The translations under genes and the position numbers were made by a program. Under the pieces are notes generated by a model, which saw only the letters and a program-made list of their open reading frames with translations, was not told the origin of the DNA and made no database searches. Positions 29,195-38,302 of a DNA stretch of 64,000 nucleotides are shown piece by piece (positions within the stretch are counted from its first letter, which is position 1; each line of letters begins with the position of its first letter). Source of the stretch: an uncultured delta proteobacterium (GTDB taxonomy: Bacteria > Myxococcota_A > Polyangia > Polyangiales > JAFGIB01); contig CAVZVA010000009.1 in NCBI GenBank assembly GCA_963778655.1, positions 1,024,001 to 1,088,000 on the forward strand, read 5' to 3'.

Positions 29195-30580
29195 CTACGG
29201 GGCATCGAACACCTTGCCCGGATTCATGATGCCGTGCGGGTCGAAGGCGAGCTTGATGCGTTGCATGAGCGCGATCTTGGCCGGGCTCTCCCGCTGCACG
29301 AAGTACTTCTTCTTCGCCAGGCCGATGCCGTGCTCGGCCGACACCACGCCGCCCATGCGGGCTCCCAGGTCGAACAGCGCGCTCATCACCTTGGCGCGCA
29401 GGGCCTCGTCGGGCTGAAAGATACCCAGATGCACGTTGCCGTCTCCGGCGTGACCCGTACCCACGATCAGGGTGCCGGCCTCGCCCGCGATCCGGTGCGT
29501 CTCCCGCATGAAGTCGGACAGCCGCGCGCGCGGCACGACCACGTCCACCTGATCGTTCAGGCCCGCCTGTTTGCCGGCCCAGAAGCTCTCCTCGCGGCCT
29601 TTTATCAGCTTGCCTGCCTGGTTCCTCGGCAGCACGTACACGTCCATCGCGCCGCATTCGACGCACAGGCCGCCCAGCGTTTCGGCGTCCTCGAGATTGC
29701 GCGCGTCGCTCACGCTCTCTAGCTCGATCAATAGGTAGGCGAGCGCCTTGCTCTTGACCGCCTCGGGAATCCCGAGGTCGAGCTGCTGGCGCTGTAGCAC
29801 GCCCGCCATCGACAGCGCGTCCAGGTACTCCACGAACAATGGCGCCAGGCCCGATTGGACCAGCTTCGGCACCGCGCGGGTCACCTGCTCCAGGCTTTCG
29901 AACGGGCACAGCAGGCTGGTGCGATGCGCGAGCCGGGGCACCAGCTTGAGGATGATGCGGGTGACCACCGCGAGCGTACCTTCCGAGCCCACGATCAGCT
30001 GCGTCAGGTCGTAGCCGCTCGAGGACTTCACGAACTTGCCGCCGCACTCGATCACCTCGCCCCCCGGCAGCACTGCTTGCAGCCCGAGCACCTGGTGGCG
30101 CGTGACGCCGTACTTGACCGCGCGCATACCGCCCGCGTTGGTCGCGATGTTGCCACCCAGCGTGGCGCTGGCCTCGCCCGGTTGAATCGGGTAGCAGAGC
30201 CCGAACGGAAGCGTCGCCTCGTCGAGCTCGCCCAGCGTGACCCCGGGCTCCACCACCGCGACGTGGTTTTCGACGTCGATTTCCAGCACCCGCTTCATGC
30301 GCTCGGTGGACAACAACAACCCGCCCTCGCTGGGGATGCACGCGCCCGACAGGCCGGTGCCGGCGCCGCGCACGGTCACCGGGACGCGCTGGGTCTGCGC
30401 AAGTCTCATCACGCCGGCCACTTGCTCGGTTGTGGCCGGCCGCACCACCAGGGCGGGCCGGTTGCCGTGCAAATTGAGGCATTCGTCGTGCGCGTAGTCG
30501 TCTTTGATCCGCTCGCCGAGCAGAACGTCGGCAGCGGGCAGCAGCTCGCGCAGCTGAGCGCAAAGGCTTTCGACGTTCAT
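29195..30580 (-). CDS. FAD-linked oxidase, GlcD/D-lactate dehydrogenase family
   Basis: RGAGTGLSG, GGNIATNAGG, GSEGTL, GHAGDGNVH, EHGIG, DPHGIMNPGK. Confidence 0.92.
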   Translation of the reverse strand: MNVESLCAQLRELLPAADVLLGERIKDDYAHDECLNLHGNRPALVVRPATTEQVAGVMRLAQTQRVPVTVRGAGTGLSGACIPSEGGLLLSTERMKRVLEIDVENHVAVVEPGVTLGELDEATLPFGLCYPIQPGEASATLGGNIATNAGGMRAVKYGVTRHQVLGLQAVLPGGEVIECGGKFVKSSSGYDLTQLIVGSEGTLAVVTRIILKLVPRLAHRTSLLCPFESLEQVTRAVPKLVQSGLAPLFVEYLDALSMAGVLQRQQLDLGIPEAVKSKALAYLLIELESVSDARNLEDAETLGGLCVECGAMDVYVLPRNQAGKLIKGREESFWAGKQAGLNDQVDVVVPRARLSDFMRETHRIAGEAGTLIVGTGHAGDGNVHLGIFQPDEALRAKVMSALFDLGARMGGVVSAEHGIGLAKKKYFVQRESPAKIALMQRIKLAFDPHGIMNPGKVFDAP

Positions 30581-30719
30581 CCCACACCCCGAGCACAAAA
30601 CATGGGCATATCATTGCACACTCGCGCGGGAGGAACGAGGCCGTCTGCTTGCGCTTCCGGGGCCGCGGCTCGTAGATTGGTCGGAGACAGGGGCCGATGC
30701 GGTGGACTACCGACGGGTG

Positions 30720-31421
30720 ATGCGCGTGCTGGCATTCGGCGCTGCCGTGTTATCGGCGTGCGCCCGCGCAGGCGATACATCACTGCTCGATGCCGGGAGC
30801 GCGAAGTCCGATCCCGCCTTGACCCCGGACGCCGGCACGCACGGCCAAGACAGCGGTGCTCCGTCGGGATCGCCGACGCCGTTCAATCCGTTTTTCGACG
30901 GCGGTTTCGTGCCGGTGGCCGTGGTGCAGGTGCCGGAGTGTCCGCTGGCCGTTGGCGCCGAGTGCGACGGCAACGAGGACTGCGGCGACCAACAAGTGTG
31001 CTGCGGCCACTTCGATCAGCTGATGTTCAGCTACACGAGCATCCGCTGCGAGGCGGCTTGTACCGGCGCCGATGAGTTCCCGCTGTGTCACTCCGACGAC
31101 GTCTGTGGCGGCGGCACGGTTTGCCGCTCCAGCCTGATCCTTCCGTACGATTTCATCCGCGTCTGCGCCACGCCGATTCAGGGGCAAGGGCCGAGCACCG
31201 ATCGCGACGTGGCGGATGAGGTCGCCTGCGGCACGCGCAACTGCGAAGGCGGCAAGGAGCAGTGCTGTCTGACGGCACACTTCGACAACACCGCGCCGTA
31301 TCCCACTCCGGTGGCCGAAGAACCCTACTGCGCTCCGCTAAGCGATGACTGTGTCTGTCACCACCAGAGCTCGGACGCGAACAACGGGCCGGCCGGCGAC
31401 GGTGACGACGGAGGCATCTAG
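30720..31421 (+). CDS. Cysteine-rich putative lipoprotein
   Basis: MRVLAFGAAVLSAC lipobox, DAG motifs, many Cys. Confidence 0.65.
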   Translation: MRVLAFGAAVLSACARAGDTSLLDAGSAKSDPALTPDAGTHGQDSGAPSGSPTPFNPFFDGGFVPVAVVQVPECPLAVGAECDGNEDCGDQQVCCGHFDQLMFSYTSIRCEAACTGADEFPLCHSDDVCGGGTVCRSSLILPYDFIRVCATPIQGQGPSTDRDVADEVACGTRNCEGGKEQCCLTAHFDNTAPYPTPVAEEPYCAPLSDDCVCHHQSSDANNGPAGDGDDGGI

Positions 31422-31479
31422 GCTCGCGCTTCGCGGCGCGCTTGCGGCACGCTGGCCGAGGTGCCTGGATCGGAGCTCG

Positions 31480-31530
31480 CGATTCGGGATGACCGATCGG
31501 CATGGCCGTCCCCGAATCGTGATCGGTCAT
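31480..31530. repeat. Two interleaved perfect inverted repeats between convergent genes
   Basis: CGATTCGGG/CCCGAATCG and ATGACCGATC/GATCGGTCAT. Confidence 0.7.
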
Positions 31531-31577
31531 TTAGCTGCGATCGGCTTGCCCGCCGACGGCGCGCCCGGCGCGCGCGC

Positions 31578-32009
31578 TCACTCGTCGGACGATATGCGTC
31601 CGCGCAGCTGCTTCTTGCGCGCTTGGTGCTGCTTGTTCTCGACGCGACGCCGTTGAGAGCTGCGCGTGGGCCGGGTGGGACGCCTGGGGGACGGAGGCTC
31701 CAGCGCCGCGCGCACCAGCGCCACCAGCTTGGCCCGTGCATCCTCCAGGTTGCGGATCTGATCGCGCGTGCGCTGGCTGACGATCCGCAACCGGCCTTCT
31801 GCGTCCAGGCGGTTTCGCGCCAGCGCGCGCAGCCTTGATTTCACGTCCGGGCCGAGCGCCCGGCTGCCGCGCAGGTCGAAACGAAGCTCGACCTTGCTGG
31901 CGACCTTGTTCACGTTCTGACCGCCCGGACCCGAGCTGCGCGCCGCGCTCCAGGACAGCTCGCCTGGTGGAATCACCAGCTCGGAGGTGATGCGCAAGGG
32001 CTCGACCAC
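31578..32009 (-). CDS. arfB: Alternative ribosome rescue factor ArfB
   Basis: RSSGPGGQNVNKV, basic C-terminal tail RRPTRPTRSSQRRR. Confidence 0.95.
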   Translation of the reverse strand: MVEPLRITSELVIPPGELSWSAARSSGPGGQNVNKVASKVELRFDLRGSRALGPDVKSRLRALARNRLDAEGRLRIVSQRTRDQIRNLEDARAKLVALVRAALEPPSPRRPTRPTRSSQRRRVENKQHQARKKQLRGRISSDE

Positions 32010-32048
32010 GGTGGCGAGCCTATACCACGGGCGCCTCCTGCCCCGGTT

Positions 32049-32951
32049 TCAGCGCCGGGGACGCACGGTGGTTCGCGGGCCGCGCGTGCCGCGCGTGCCG
32101 CCCGCCGGGGCACGACCTCCACCTCCGTAGGAGCGCGTGCGGTTTCCGCCTTCGCGGCGTGGCACCGCGCGCGGCCGGTTGTAACGGGGTGGCGGCGCAT
32201 AACGCGAGCCGTCGCGTCGATGATTCGGATAGGGCTCTCGGGGCCGAACGTAGGGCCGGCGGTAGGGGCGATAGAACGGGCGGTAGGGGCGATAGGGCCG
32301 GTAGTACGGATGCAGGTAACGGTAGCGGTAGTCCGGATAGACCAGGCTGCCGCCCAGGCGCGCGCCCCATCCGCCTGGCACGAAGACCCAGCCGTCCGGG
32401 GTTAAGACCCAGCGCGCACCCCAGTATACGTAGCCATGGCGGGGGGGAAGCCACGCGCCGGGAATCCAAACGTAGCCGTCGTCGTACCAGTACCAGTACC
32501 CTGGCGCCCAGACGTAGCCGAGCGCGGGCGCGGGCGGCCGGTCTTCCTCCGGCGGAGGCGGCGGCGCCTCCGGGGCGACCACACGTGTATCGCTTTCCAC
32601 CGTGGCAGCGGCCGGAGCCTGGGCGGCCTGGCCCGTGGCGGGCGGCGGCGCTGCTTGCGCGGGCGGCGCGGGCTCGCGGGGCGGTGGCGCCTGCTTGGGC
32701 GCTGCGCCCTCGGGCCGTGGGGGCGGCCGCTGCTCGGGGTAGAGCGACCTCGGCTCCGGGTGGGCGATGGGGTTGCGCTTGGCCGCCTCGATCGCCTCCT
32801 GCTCGGCACTCGGGGCCGCGCCGCCGGTGCCGCCGCTTGGCGCTGCTTGCGCGGGCGCCGCAGTTTGAGCCTGGCCGGCGGCGGCGCCGGCGAACGCCAT
32901 GCACAGCGCCGCGCTCGTCAACAAGCATCTTTCCCCGAGGGTGGCCCGCAT
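32049..32951 (-). CDS. Exported Pro-rich protein with YXWGXW/WXXGXW repeats
   Basis: GYVWAPGYW..YVWIPGAW..WVFVPGGW. Confidence 0.75.
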   Translation of the reverse strand: MRATLGERCLLTSAALCMAFAGAAAGQAQTAAPAQAAPSGGTGGAAPSAEQEAIEAAKRNPIAHPEPRSLYPEQRPPPRPEGAAPKQAPPPREPAPPAQAAPPPATGQAAQAPAAATVESDTRVVAPEAPPPPPEEDRPPAPALGYVWAPGYWYWYDDGYVWIPGAWLPPRHGYVYWGARWVLTPDGWVFVPGGWGARLGGSLVYPDYRYRYLHPYYRPYRPYRPFYRPYRRPYVRPREPYPNHRRDGSRYAPPPRYNRPRAVPRREGGNRTRSYGGGGRAPAGGTRGTRGPRTTVRPRR

Positions 32952-33265
32952 GCTGTTATCGTAGTCCCGCGTTTGGAGGCGACAAGGCCGGCCAAAATCG
33001 CGGCTTGGCCCGGCATGCGTTTCGCGATAAGAACACGCGCTGAGAATCCGCTCTGGCCGCCTGCCGTTTCGATCGCGGATCGCCCGGCATCCGGGCGCAA
33101 CGATCTGGGCCCAACGGCGCGCCGCCCCCATGCGATGGAATCCTGCGTGAAGGCTCCAGCACCGCGCAACGCCGCAGCGTCCCGGCGCCGGGCCGCAGCG
33201 CCGCCTCCGGGCACGTGCTCTCCTCTGGGAGGCGCGGCCCCCCGGCGCCGGATGGGGAGGGCGGC

Positions 33266-34249
33266 GTGAGCGTCTTCCTGCACGGTATCGGGCACTTCCA
33301 CCCCGAGAACGAGGTCAGCAACGCATTCCTGGAGGAGCTCGACATCGGGACCAACCAGGCGTGGATTCTGGACCGTGTGGGAATCCGATCGCGCAGGACG
33401 GTGCTGTCGCTCGACTACATCCGTCGCACGCGCAATGCCGACCCGCGCGCGGCCGCCGAGGCATCGCTCTATACCAATGCCCAGATGGCCGAGCGCGCCG
33501 CGCGTCTGGCGGTGCAGCGAGCCGGCATCGCGCTGAGCGACATCGGCATGGTGATCGCGGGCAGCTCCGCCCCGGACACGCTCTCACCGGCCGAGGCCTG
33601 CAACGTCGCACGCCGGCTCGAGCTCGAGGTTCCGGCCTTCGACATCAACTCGGCGTGCACCAGCTTCTTCATCCCGCTGCACTTGCTCGGCATGATGCAG
33701 CCCGGCTTGATGCCGCGTTTCGTCCTGCTGGTGGCGGCCGAGTCGTTGACCCGCACCGTCGACTACGCGGACCGGGCGACCGCCGTGCTGTGGGGCGACG
33801 GGGCGGCCGCAGCGGTGCTGTCGCTGAGCGAGCGCGGGCGCGCGGAGATCTCGGCCACCCTGCTCGACTCCAGCCCCTCGGGCAACGAGAAGGTGGTGGT
33901 GCCGCGCTACGGCTTCTTCCGCCAGGACGGCCAGGCGGTGCAGAAGTTCGCGGTCAAGCGCACGGCGGAGAGCTTGAAGCGGCTGCGGGCCGAGCACGGC
34001 GATCCTGGGCGCCGTTTCGGCTTCGTGGGGCACCAGGCCAACCTGCGCATGCTCGAGAGCGTGTGCCGGATGTGCGGCATCGCGCCCGAGCGCCACTTCA
34101 GCAACGTCGAGCATTTCGGCAATACGGCGGCCGCAGGCTCGCCGTCGGTCATCTCGATGCACTGGGAACGCTGGAGCGAGCAGGACGAGCTCGCCGTCGT
34201 GGGCGTCGGCTCCGGCCTCACCTGGGCGGGTTACATGTTGCGATTTTGA
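33266..34249 (+). CDS. 3-oxoacyl-ACP synthase III (FabH-like)
   Basis: Cys-His-Asn triad: INSACTSF, GHQAN, GNTAAA; WGDGAAA. Confidence 0.9.
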   Translation: MSVFLHGIGHFHPENEVSNAFLEELDIGTNQAWILDRVGIRSRRTVLSLDYIRRTRNADPRAAAEASLYTNAQMAERAARLAVQRAGIALSDIGMVIAGSSAPDTLSPAEACNVARRLELEVPAFDINSACTSFFIPLHLLGMMQPGLMPRFVLLVAAESLTRTVDYADRATAVLWGDGAAAAVLSLSERGRAEISATLLDSSPSGNEKVVVPRYGFFRQDGQAVQKFAVKRTAESLKRLRAEHGDPGRRFGFVGHQANLRMLESVCRMCGIAPERHFSNVEHFGNTAAAGSPSVISMHWERWSEQDELAVVGVGSGLTWAGYMLRF

Positions 34250-34319
34250 TGCCGAACGATGGCGGGGCAGGGCGGTCCGGCTTGGCGCGAGTGGCGGCGA
34301 GGCCGGGGGGGAAGGGCCG

Positions 34320-34835
34320 GTGAACGGGATGCGACGGTTTCAGCTCGGGCTCGCGGCGCTGCTTTTGTGCGGCTGCGCGGGCAAGCTCGACCAGCCGAAG
34401 CGCTTCTCGGCTGTGCTCGCGCGGCTCGACGGGGGCGCTCCTGCCGCCGCCGCCGGCGGCGCAGGCGCTCCTGCCGGGGACGCCGGGCCGGCGATCGGCG
34501 AACCGCCGGCGTGCGCCACCCAGATCTTCCAAAAGACCTGCGGGCTGGCCGGTTGTCACGCGGCCGGATCGCCGCAAGTCGATCTGGCCTCGGCGGGGGT
34601 CGCGGCGCGCCTGGTCGATCGGAAGTCGACCAGCGCCACGTGCGGCGGCCGGACCTATATCGACACTTCGGGCGGCGCCAGCCTGCTGCTCGGCAAGCTC
34701 GGCAGCTCGCCGCCGTGCGGCGTGCAGATGCCGTTCGGCGGGGTGCTGTCCGCGACCGACACCAAGTGCCTGAGCGACTGGGTGCAGGCGCTGGGCGGAA
34801 GCGCCGCTGCTCCGAGCGACGGAGGCATGCAGTGA
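34320..34835 (+). CDS. Lipoprotein with cytochrome c-like domain (CX4CH)
   Basis: LLLCGC lipobox; IFQKTCGLAGCH..SLLLGKL..GVQMP..CLSDWV. Confidence 0.6.
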   Translation: MNGMRRFQLGLAALLLCGCAGKLDQPKRFSAVLARLDGGAPAAAAGGAGAPAGDAGPAIGEPPACATQIFQKTCGLAGCHAAGSPQVDLASAGVAARLVDRKSTSATCGGRTYIDTSGGASLLLGKLGSSPPCGVQMPFGGVLSATDTKCLSDWVQALGGSAAAPSDGGMQ

Positions 34836-36136
34836 GGCGGCTGCGGATCGGGGCATGGGCGGGTTTGTTGTGGTGCGCGGCGGCCGCCGCGCAGGCTCAG
34901 GCGCCTGCGCGGGTGGTCGTGCTGCGCTTCGACGGCCCGGGCGCTGCGCGCGTCCGCAATGCGGTGGTCGACGCGCTCTCCAAGGACCCCGGCTTCGAGG
35001 CGGTTGGCGAGAAGGACGCTCGCAACAGCGCGGCATCGCAACACGTCGAGCTGTCGAGCGAGGCGGGTCGGGTGGCGGTGGCGCGCGAGCTCTCGCTGTC
35101 GGCGTTCGTAGAAGGCCACGTCGAGAAGCACGGCGCGAGGTCGGAGCTTAGCTTGCGCGTCTTCGGAGGCAGTGACGGCTCGCAACTCGGCGAGGCCAGC
35201 ATCAGGGCCCGCTCGGCCGCGCTGCCCCGCCACGTCAAGAAAGGGCTGATCGACGAGATCGGCGAGGCGCTGTCTCGCGCGCGGCCACCGGCCGCGCAGC
35301 CCGAGCCCGAGCCGGAGCCGGAGCCGAAACCGAACCTGGAGCCTAAGCCAGCCCCGCCGCCCAAAGCGCAGCCGGTCGAGCCCGAGCCGGAGCCGGAGCA
35401 GGCGGCGGGACCGCGTCCGAAGGCGCTCGAGCTGAGCGCGGCCGTGCGGGTGGTGACCCGCAGCTACGCCTATCGCGATGCGTTGCTGCCGCTGGCCGAG
35501 CACACGCTCGACGCGACCGGCGCGATGCGCCTGGAGGCACGCTGGTATCCGGCCGCCCACTTCACCCGCAGCTTTGTCGCCAATCTCGGGCTGGACTTGC
35601 AGGCGCAGATGCTGTGGCCGGTCAACGCCACCGAGGGCAATCTGGCCTTCAAGACGAAAGGCTTCGCCTTCGGCGTCGCGGCTCGCCTGCGCGTGCCGCT
35701 CGGCAACCACGAGCTCGGCGTGCTGGTCGGCTACGGCGGCCAGAGCCTCAGCATTGCGGATGCGAAGGGGCAGGACCCTGGCGTGCCGAGCGTCTCGTAT
35801 GGCTTCGTGCGTATGGGCGCCGATGGACGGATCGCCGTGCTGCGCCCGCTGTCGATTGGGCTGCGGGCGGCCTACCTGCTGCCGCTCGGCTACGGCGAGC
35901 TGGCCACGACGACCTGGTTCCCGCACGTGAGCGGCGGCGGCGTCGAGGCCGAGCTGTCGCTTCGCTACGCGTTTTCCGAGCTGCTGGCCGCCGACCTTGG
36001 AGGCGGCATGGCCCGCTACTTCTTCTCGCTCAATCCCAGTCCCCGCGATGCGGGCGTGCAGACGGCCGGGCGCATCGCCGGCGGCGCGACCGATCAGTAC
36101 TTCTACGGCGTGGTCGGCCTGACGCTGCTGTTGTAG
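34832..36136 (+). CDS. Exported protein with Pro/Glu linker and probable C-terminal outer-membrane beta-barrel
   Basis: Signal peptide ending AQAQA, EPEPEP linker, alternating amphipathic strands; GTGA overlap with the upstream gene. Confidence 0.6.
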   Translation: MRRLRIGAWAGLLWCAAAAAQAQAPARVVVLRFDGPGAARVRNAVVDALSKDPGFEAVGEKDARNSAASQHVELSSEAGRVAVARELSLSAFVEGHVEKHGARSELSLRVFGGSDGSQLGEASIRARSAALPRHVKKGLIDEIGEALSRARPPAAQPEPEPEPEPKPNLEPKPAPPPKAQPVEPEPEPEQAAGPRPKALELSAAVRVVTRSYAYRDALLPLAEHTLDATGAMRLEARWYPAAHFTRSFVANLGLDLQAQMLWPVNATEGNLAFKTKGFAFGVAARLRVPLGNHELGVLVGYGGQSLSIADAKGQDPGVPSVSYGFVRMGADGRIAVLRPLSIGLRAAYLLPLGYGELATTTWFPHVSGGGVEAELSLRYAFSELLAADLGGGMARYFFSLNPSPRDAGVQTAGRIAGGATDQYFYGVVGLTLLL

Positions 36137-36148
36137 CGGCGCGAGCGT

Positions 36149-36757
36149 TTACCGGCCCGGCGTGCTGCGCAGGCCGTCGAGGGCGCGCCAGGCCGCGGTT
36201 GCGAGGTGCCGCTTGGCGGTCTCCAGGTCCACGTCGGCCTGGGCGGCCGTCCACTGGCGCGCGAAGTGCGCAGCCGGTCCGTAGAGAATGGCCCGCACGA
36301 CGTCAGCCGGCAGGTTCGGCAGCTCGCCCCGAAGCATGCGCGCGCGAAACCACTCGGCGGCGCCTTCGACGCCCTCGCGCTGAATTCGCTCGAGGTCCGC
36401 TTCCACCGCCTGGACGAAGTCCGCCTGTTGCATCGCGTAGAGGAACGCCGCGAAGCGGGGATTGTCACGAACCCAGTCGAGGTACGCGTTGACCAGGGCG
36501 CGCACACCTTGCTCGGCGTTGTGCTCGTGCAGCAACGCTTCCAAGCCGTGTTGCTGCGCGCGCCGCACGCCTTCGAGATACAGCTCGGCCGCGAGCTGCT
36601 CCTTGCTCTTGAAGTGGTGATAGATGCTGCCGGTGCTCGCGCCTGCGCGCTCGCGGATGTCGGCCATCGTGGTCGCCGCAAACCCCTTGCCGGCAAAGCA
36701 CTGCAATGCCGCGTCCAAGATCTCGCGCTTACGTTGCCGACTACCGGGATGGGTCAT
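36149..36757 (-). CDS. TetR/AcrR family transcriptional regulator
   Basis: ILDAALQCFAGKGFAATTMADI..GSIYHHFKSKEQL. Confidence 0.93.
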   Translation of the reverse strand: MTHPGSRQRKREILDAALQCFAGKGFAATTMADIRERAGASTGSIYHHFKSKEQLAAELYLEGVRRAQQHGLEALLHEHNAEQGVRALVNAYLDWVRDNPRFAAFLYAMQQADFVQAVEADLERIQREGVEGAAEWFRARMLRGELPNLPADVVRAILYGPAAHFARQWTAAQADVDLETAKRHLATAAWRALDGLRSTPGR

Positions 36758-36913
36758 GGGAATTACCGTGCCCGCGCTGGGCGCGGACGCGAAGCTCCGG
36801 TCCAGAAGGGTTCAGGAGCGAGCGCGCCCGGAGCCCCGGATCGAGGAATGCTCCGAGTATTTCGCAGGTCCGGGGCGAGGACGTAGCCGCTCCTGGGCGC
36901 TTCTGGGCCGGAG

Positions 36914-38131
36914 CTAAGGCATCAGGTGGCCTAGCTTCTTTACCTTGGTCGCAAGGTAGTGGCGATTGTGCGGGTTGGTCCCGACCTGGATCGAGACGCG
37001 CTCCACGACGCGCATGCCGTAGCCCGCGATCGCCGCGATCTTGCGTGGATTGTTGGTCAGCAATCGCAGGTCGCGCACCCCCAGCTGCCACAGGATCTGC
37101 GCGCCCACGCCGTAGTCGCGCAGGTCCGGTGCAAAACCGAGCCGCTCGTTGGCCTCCACCGTGTCGGCGCCCTGGTCCTGCAGCTCGTATGCCTTGAGCT
37201 TGTTCAGCAGGCCGATGCCGCGGCCCTCTTGGCGCAGGTACACCAGCACGCCGCGACCCTCGCCGGCGATCATCTCGAGCGCGGCGTCGCGCTGCGCCCC
37301 GCAGTCGCAGCGCTGCGAGCCGAGCGAATCGCCGGTCAGACACTCCGAATGCATGCGTACCAGCACGGGCCGGCCGTCGCCCACGGCGCCGAGCGTCAGC
37401 GCCACGTGCTCGTTGCCCTGCAGCTCGTCGCGAAAGCCGTGCACCATGAACTCGGCCCAGCGCGTGGGCAGCTTCGCGTGTGCCACCGGCTTGACGAAGA
37501 CGTCGCGCTCCAGCCGGTAGCCGATCAGGTCCGCGATCGAACCCACCTTGAGGCCGTGCTCGCGCGCGAAGCTCAGGATCGCCGGCAGCCGCATCATCGT
37601 GCCGTCGTCGTGCATGAGCTCGCTGATCGCACCCACCGGGGGCAGGCCCGCGAGCCGGCACAGGTCGACCGCCGCCTCGGTGTGGCCGGCGCGCCGCAGC
37701 ACCCCTCCGTCGCGCGCGCGCAGCGGAAACACGTGGCCCGGTCGGACCAGATCGTCGGCGCTCACGCCGGGCTTGACCGTGGTGAGGATGGTGGTCGCGC
37801 GGTCCTTGGCCGAAATGCCGGAGCCGACCCCGCACTTGGCCTCGATCGACACGGTGTATGCGGTCTGCCGCGGCGCACTATTGTGCTCCACCATCGGCGG
37901 TAGCCGCAGGTGGTCGGCCAGCGCGTTGGGCATGGCCAGGCAGATGACGCCCCCGGTGTAACGGATCGTGAATGCGATCAGCTCGGCGCTGACCTTCGAC
38001 GCGGGGATGATCAGATCGCCTTCGTTCTCGCGGTGCTCGTCGTCCACCATCACCACGGGGCGACCTTCGCGCAGCTCTTTGAGCAGGCTGTCCATGCTCG
38101 CGAGCTGCTGGTGCGGGTCGTGCTCGTCCAT
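36914..38131 (-). CDS. ribBA: Bifunctional DHBP synthase / GTP cyclohydrolase II
   Basis: DDEHRENEGD, RPGHVFPL, GHTEA; VRMHSECLTGD..RCDCG, QEGRGIGL, LTNNPRK. Confidence 0.95.
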   Translation of the reverse strand: MDEHDPHQQLASMDSLLKELREGRPVVMVDDEHRENEGDLIIPASKVSAELIAFTIRYTGGVICLAMPNALADHLRLPPMVEHNSAPRQTAYTVSIEAKCGVGSGISAKDRATTILTTVKPGVSADDLVRPGHVFPLRARDGGVLRRAGHTEAAVDLCRLAGLPPVGAISELMHDDGTMMRLPAILSFAREHGLKVGSIADLIGYRLERDVFVKPVAHAKLPTRWAEFMVHGFRDELQGNEHVALTLGAVGDGRPVLVRMHSECLTGDSLGSQRCDCGAQRDAALEMIAGEGRGVLVYLRQEGRGIGLLNKLKAYELQDQGADTVEANERLGFAPDLRDYGVGAQILWQLGVRDLRLLTNNPRKIAAIAGYGMRVVERVSIQVGTNPHNRHYLATKVKKLGHLMP

Positions 38132-38156
38132 GAAATCGTGCCTCCGCCCCCTCGGC

Positions 38157-38188
38157 AGAACCTTATTCTAGAACAATGTTCGAGTCAA
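38157..38188 (-). promoter_or_regulatory. Tandem 13-bp palindromes within a putative ribBA promoter
   Basis: AGAA-CCTTA-TTCT (38157-38169) and AGAA-CAATG-TTCG (38170-38182); minus-strand TTGACT-17-TAAGGT. Confidence 0.45.
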
Positions 38189-38302
38189 GCCAGCGCAACG
38201 GGTCGCAAACGGACGTTGCGCCCGCCAAAGCGCCCTGCTTATATCCGGCCCGCTGACTCGCGACGACCTCGACGTTTCGAGGGGAAGGAGCACGTTTCCG
38301 CC

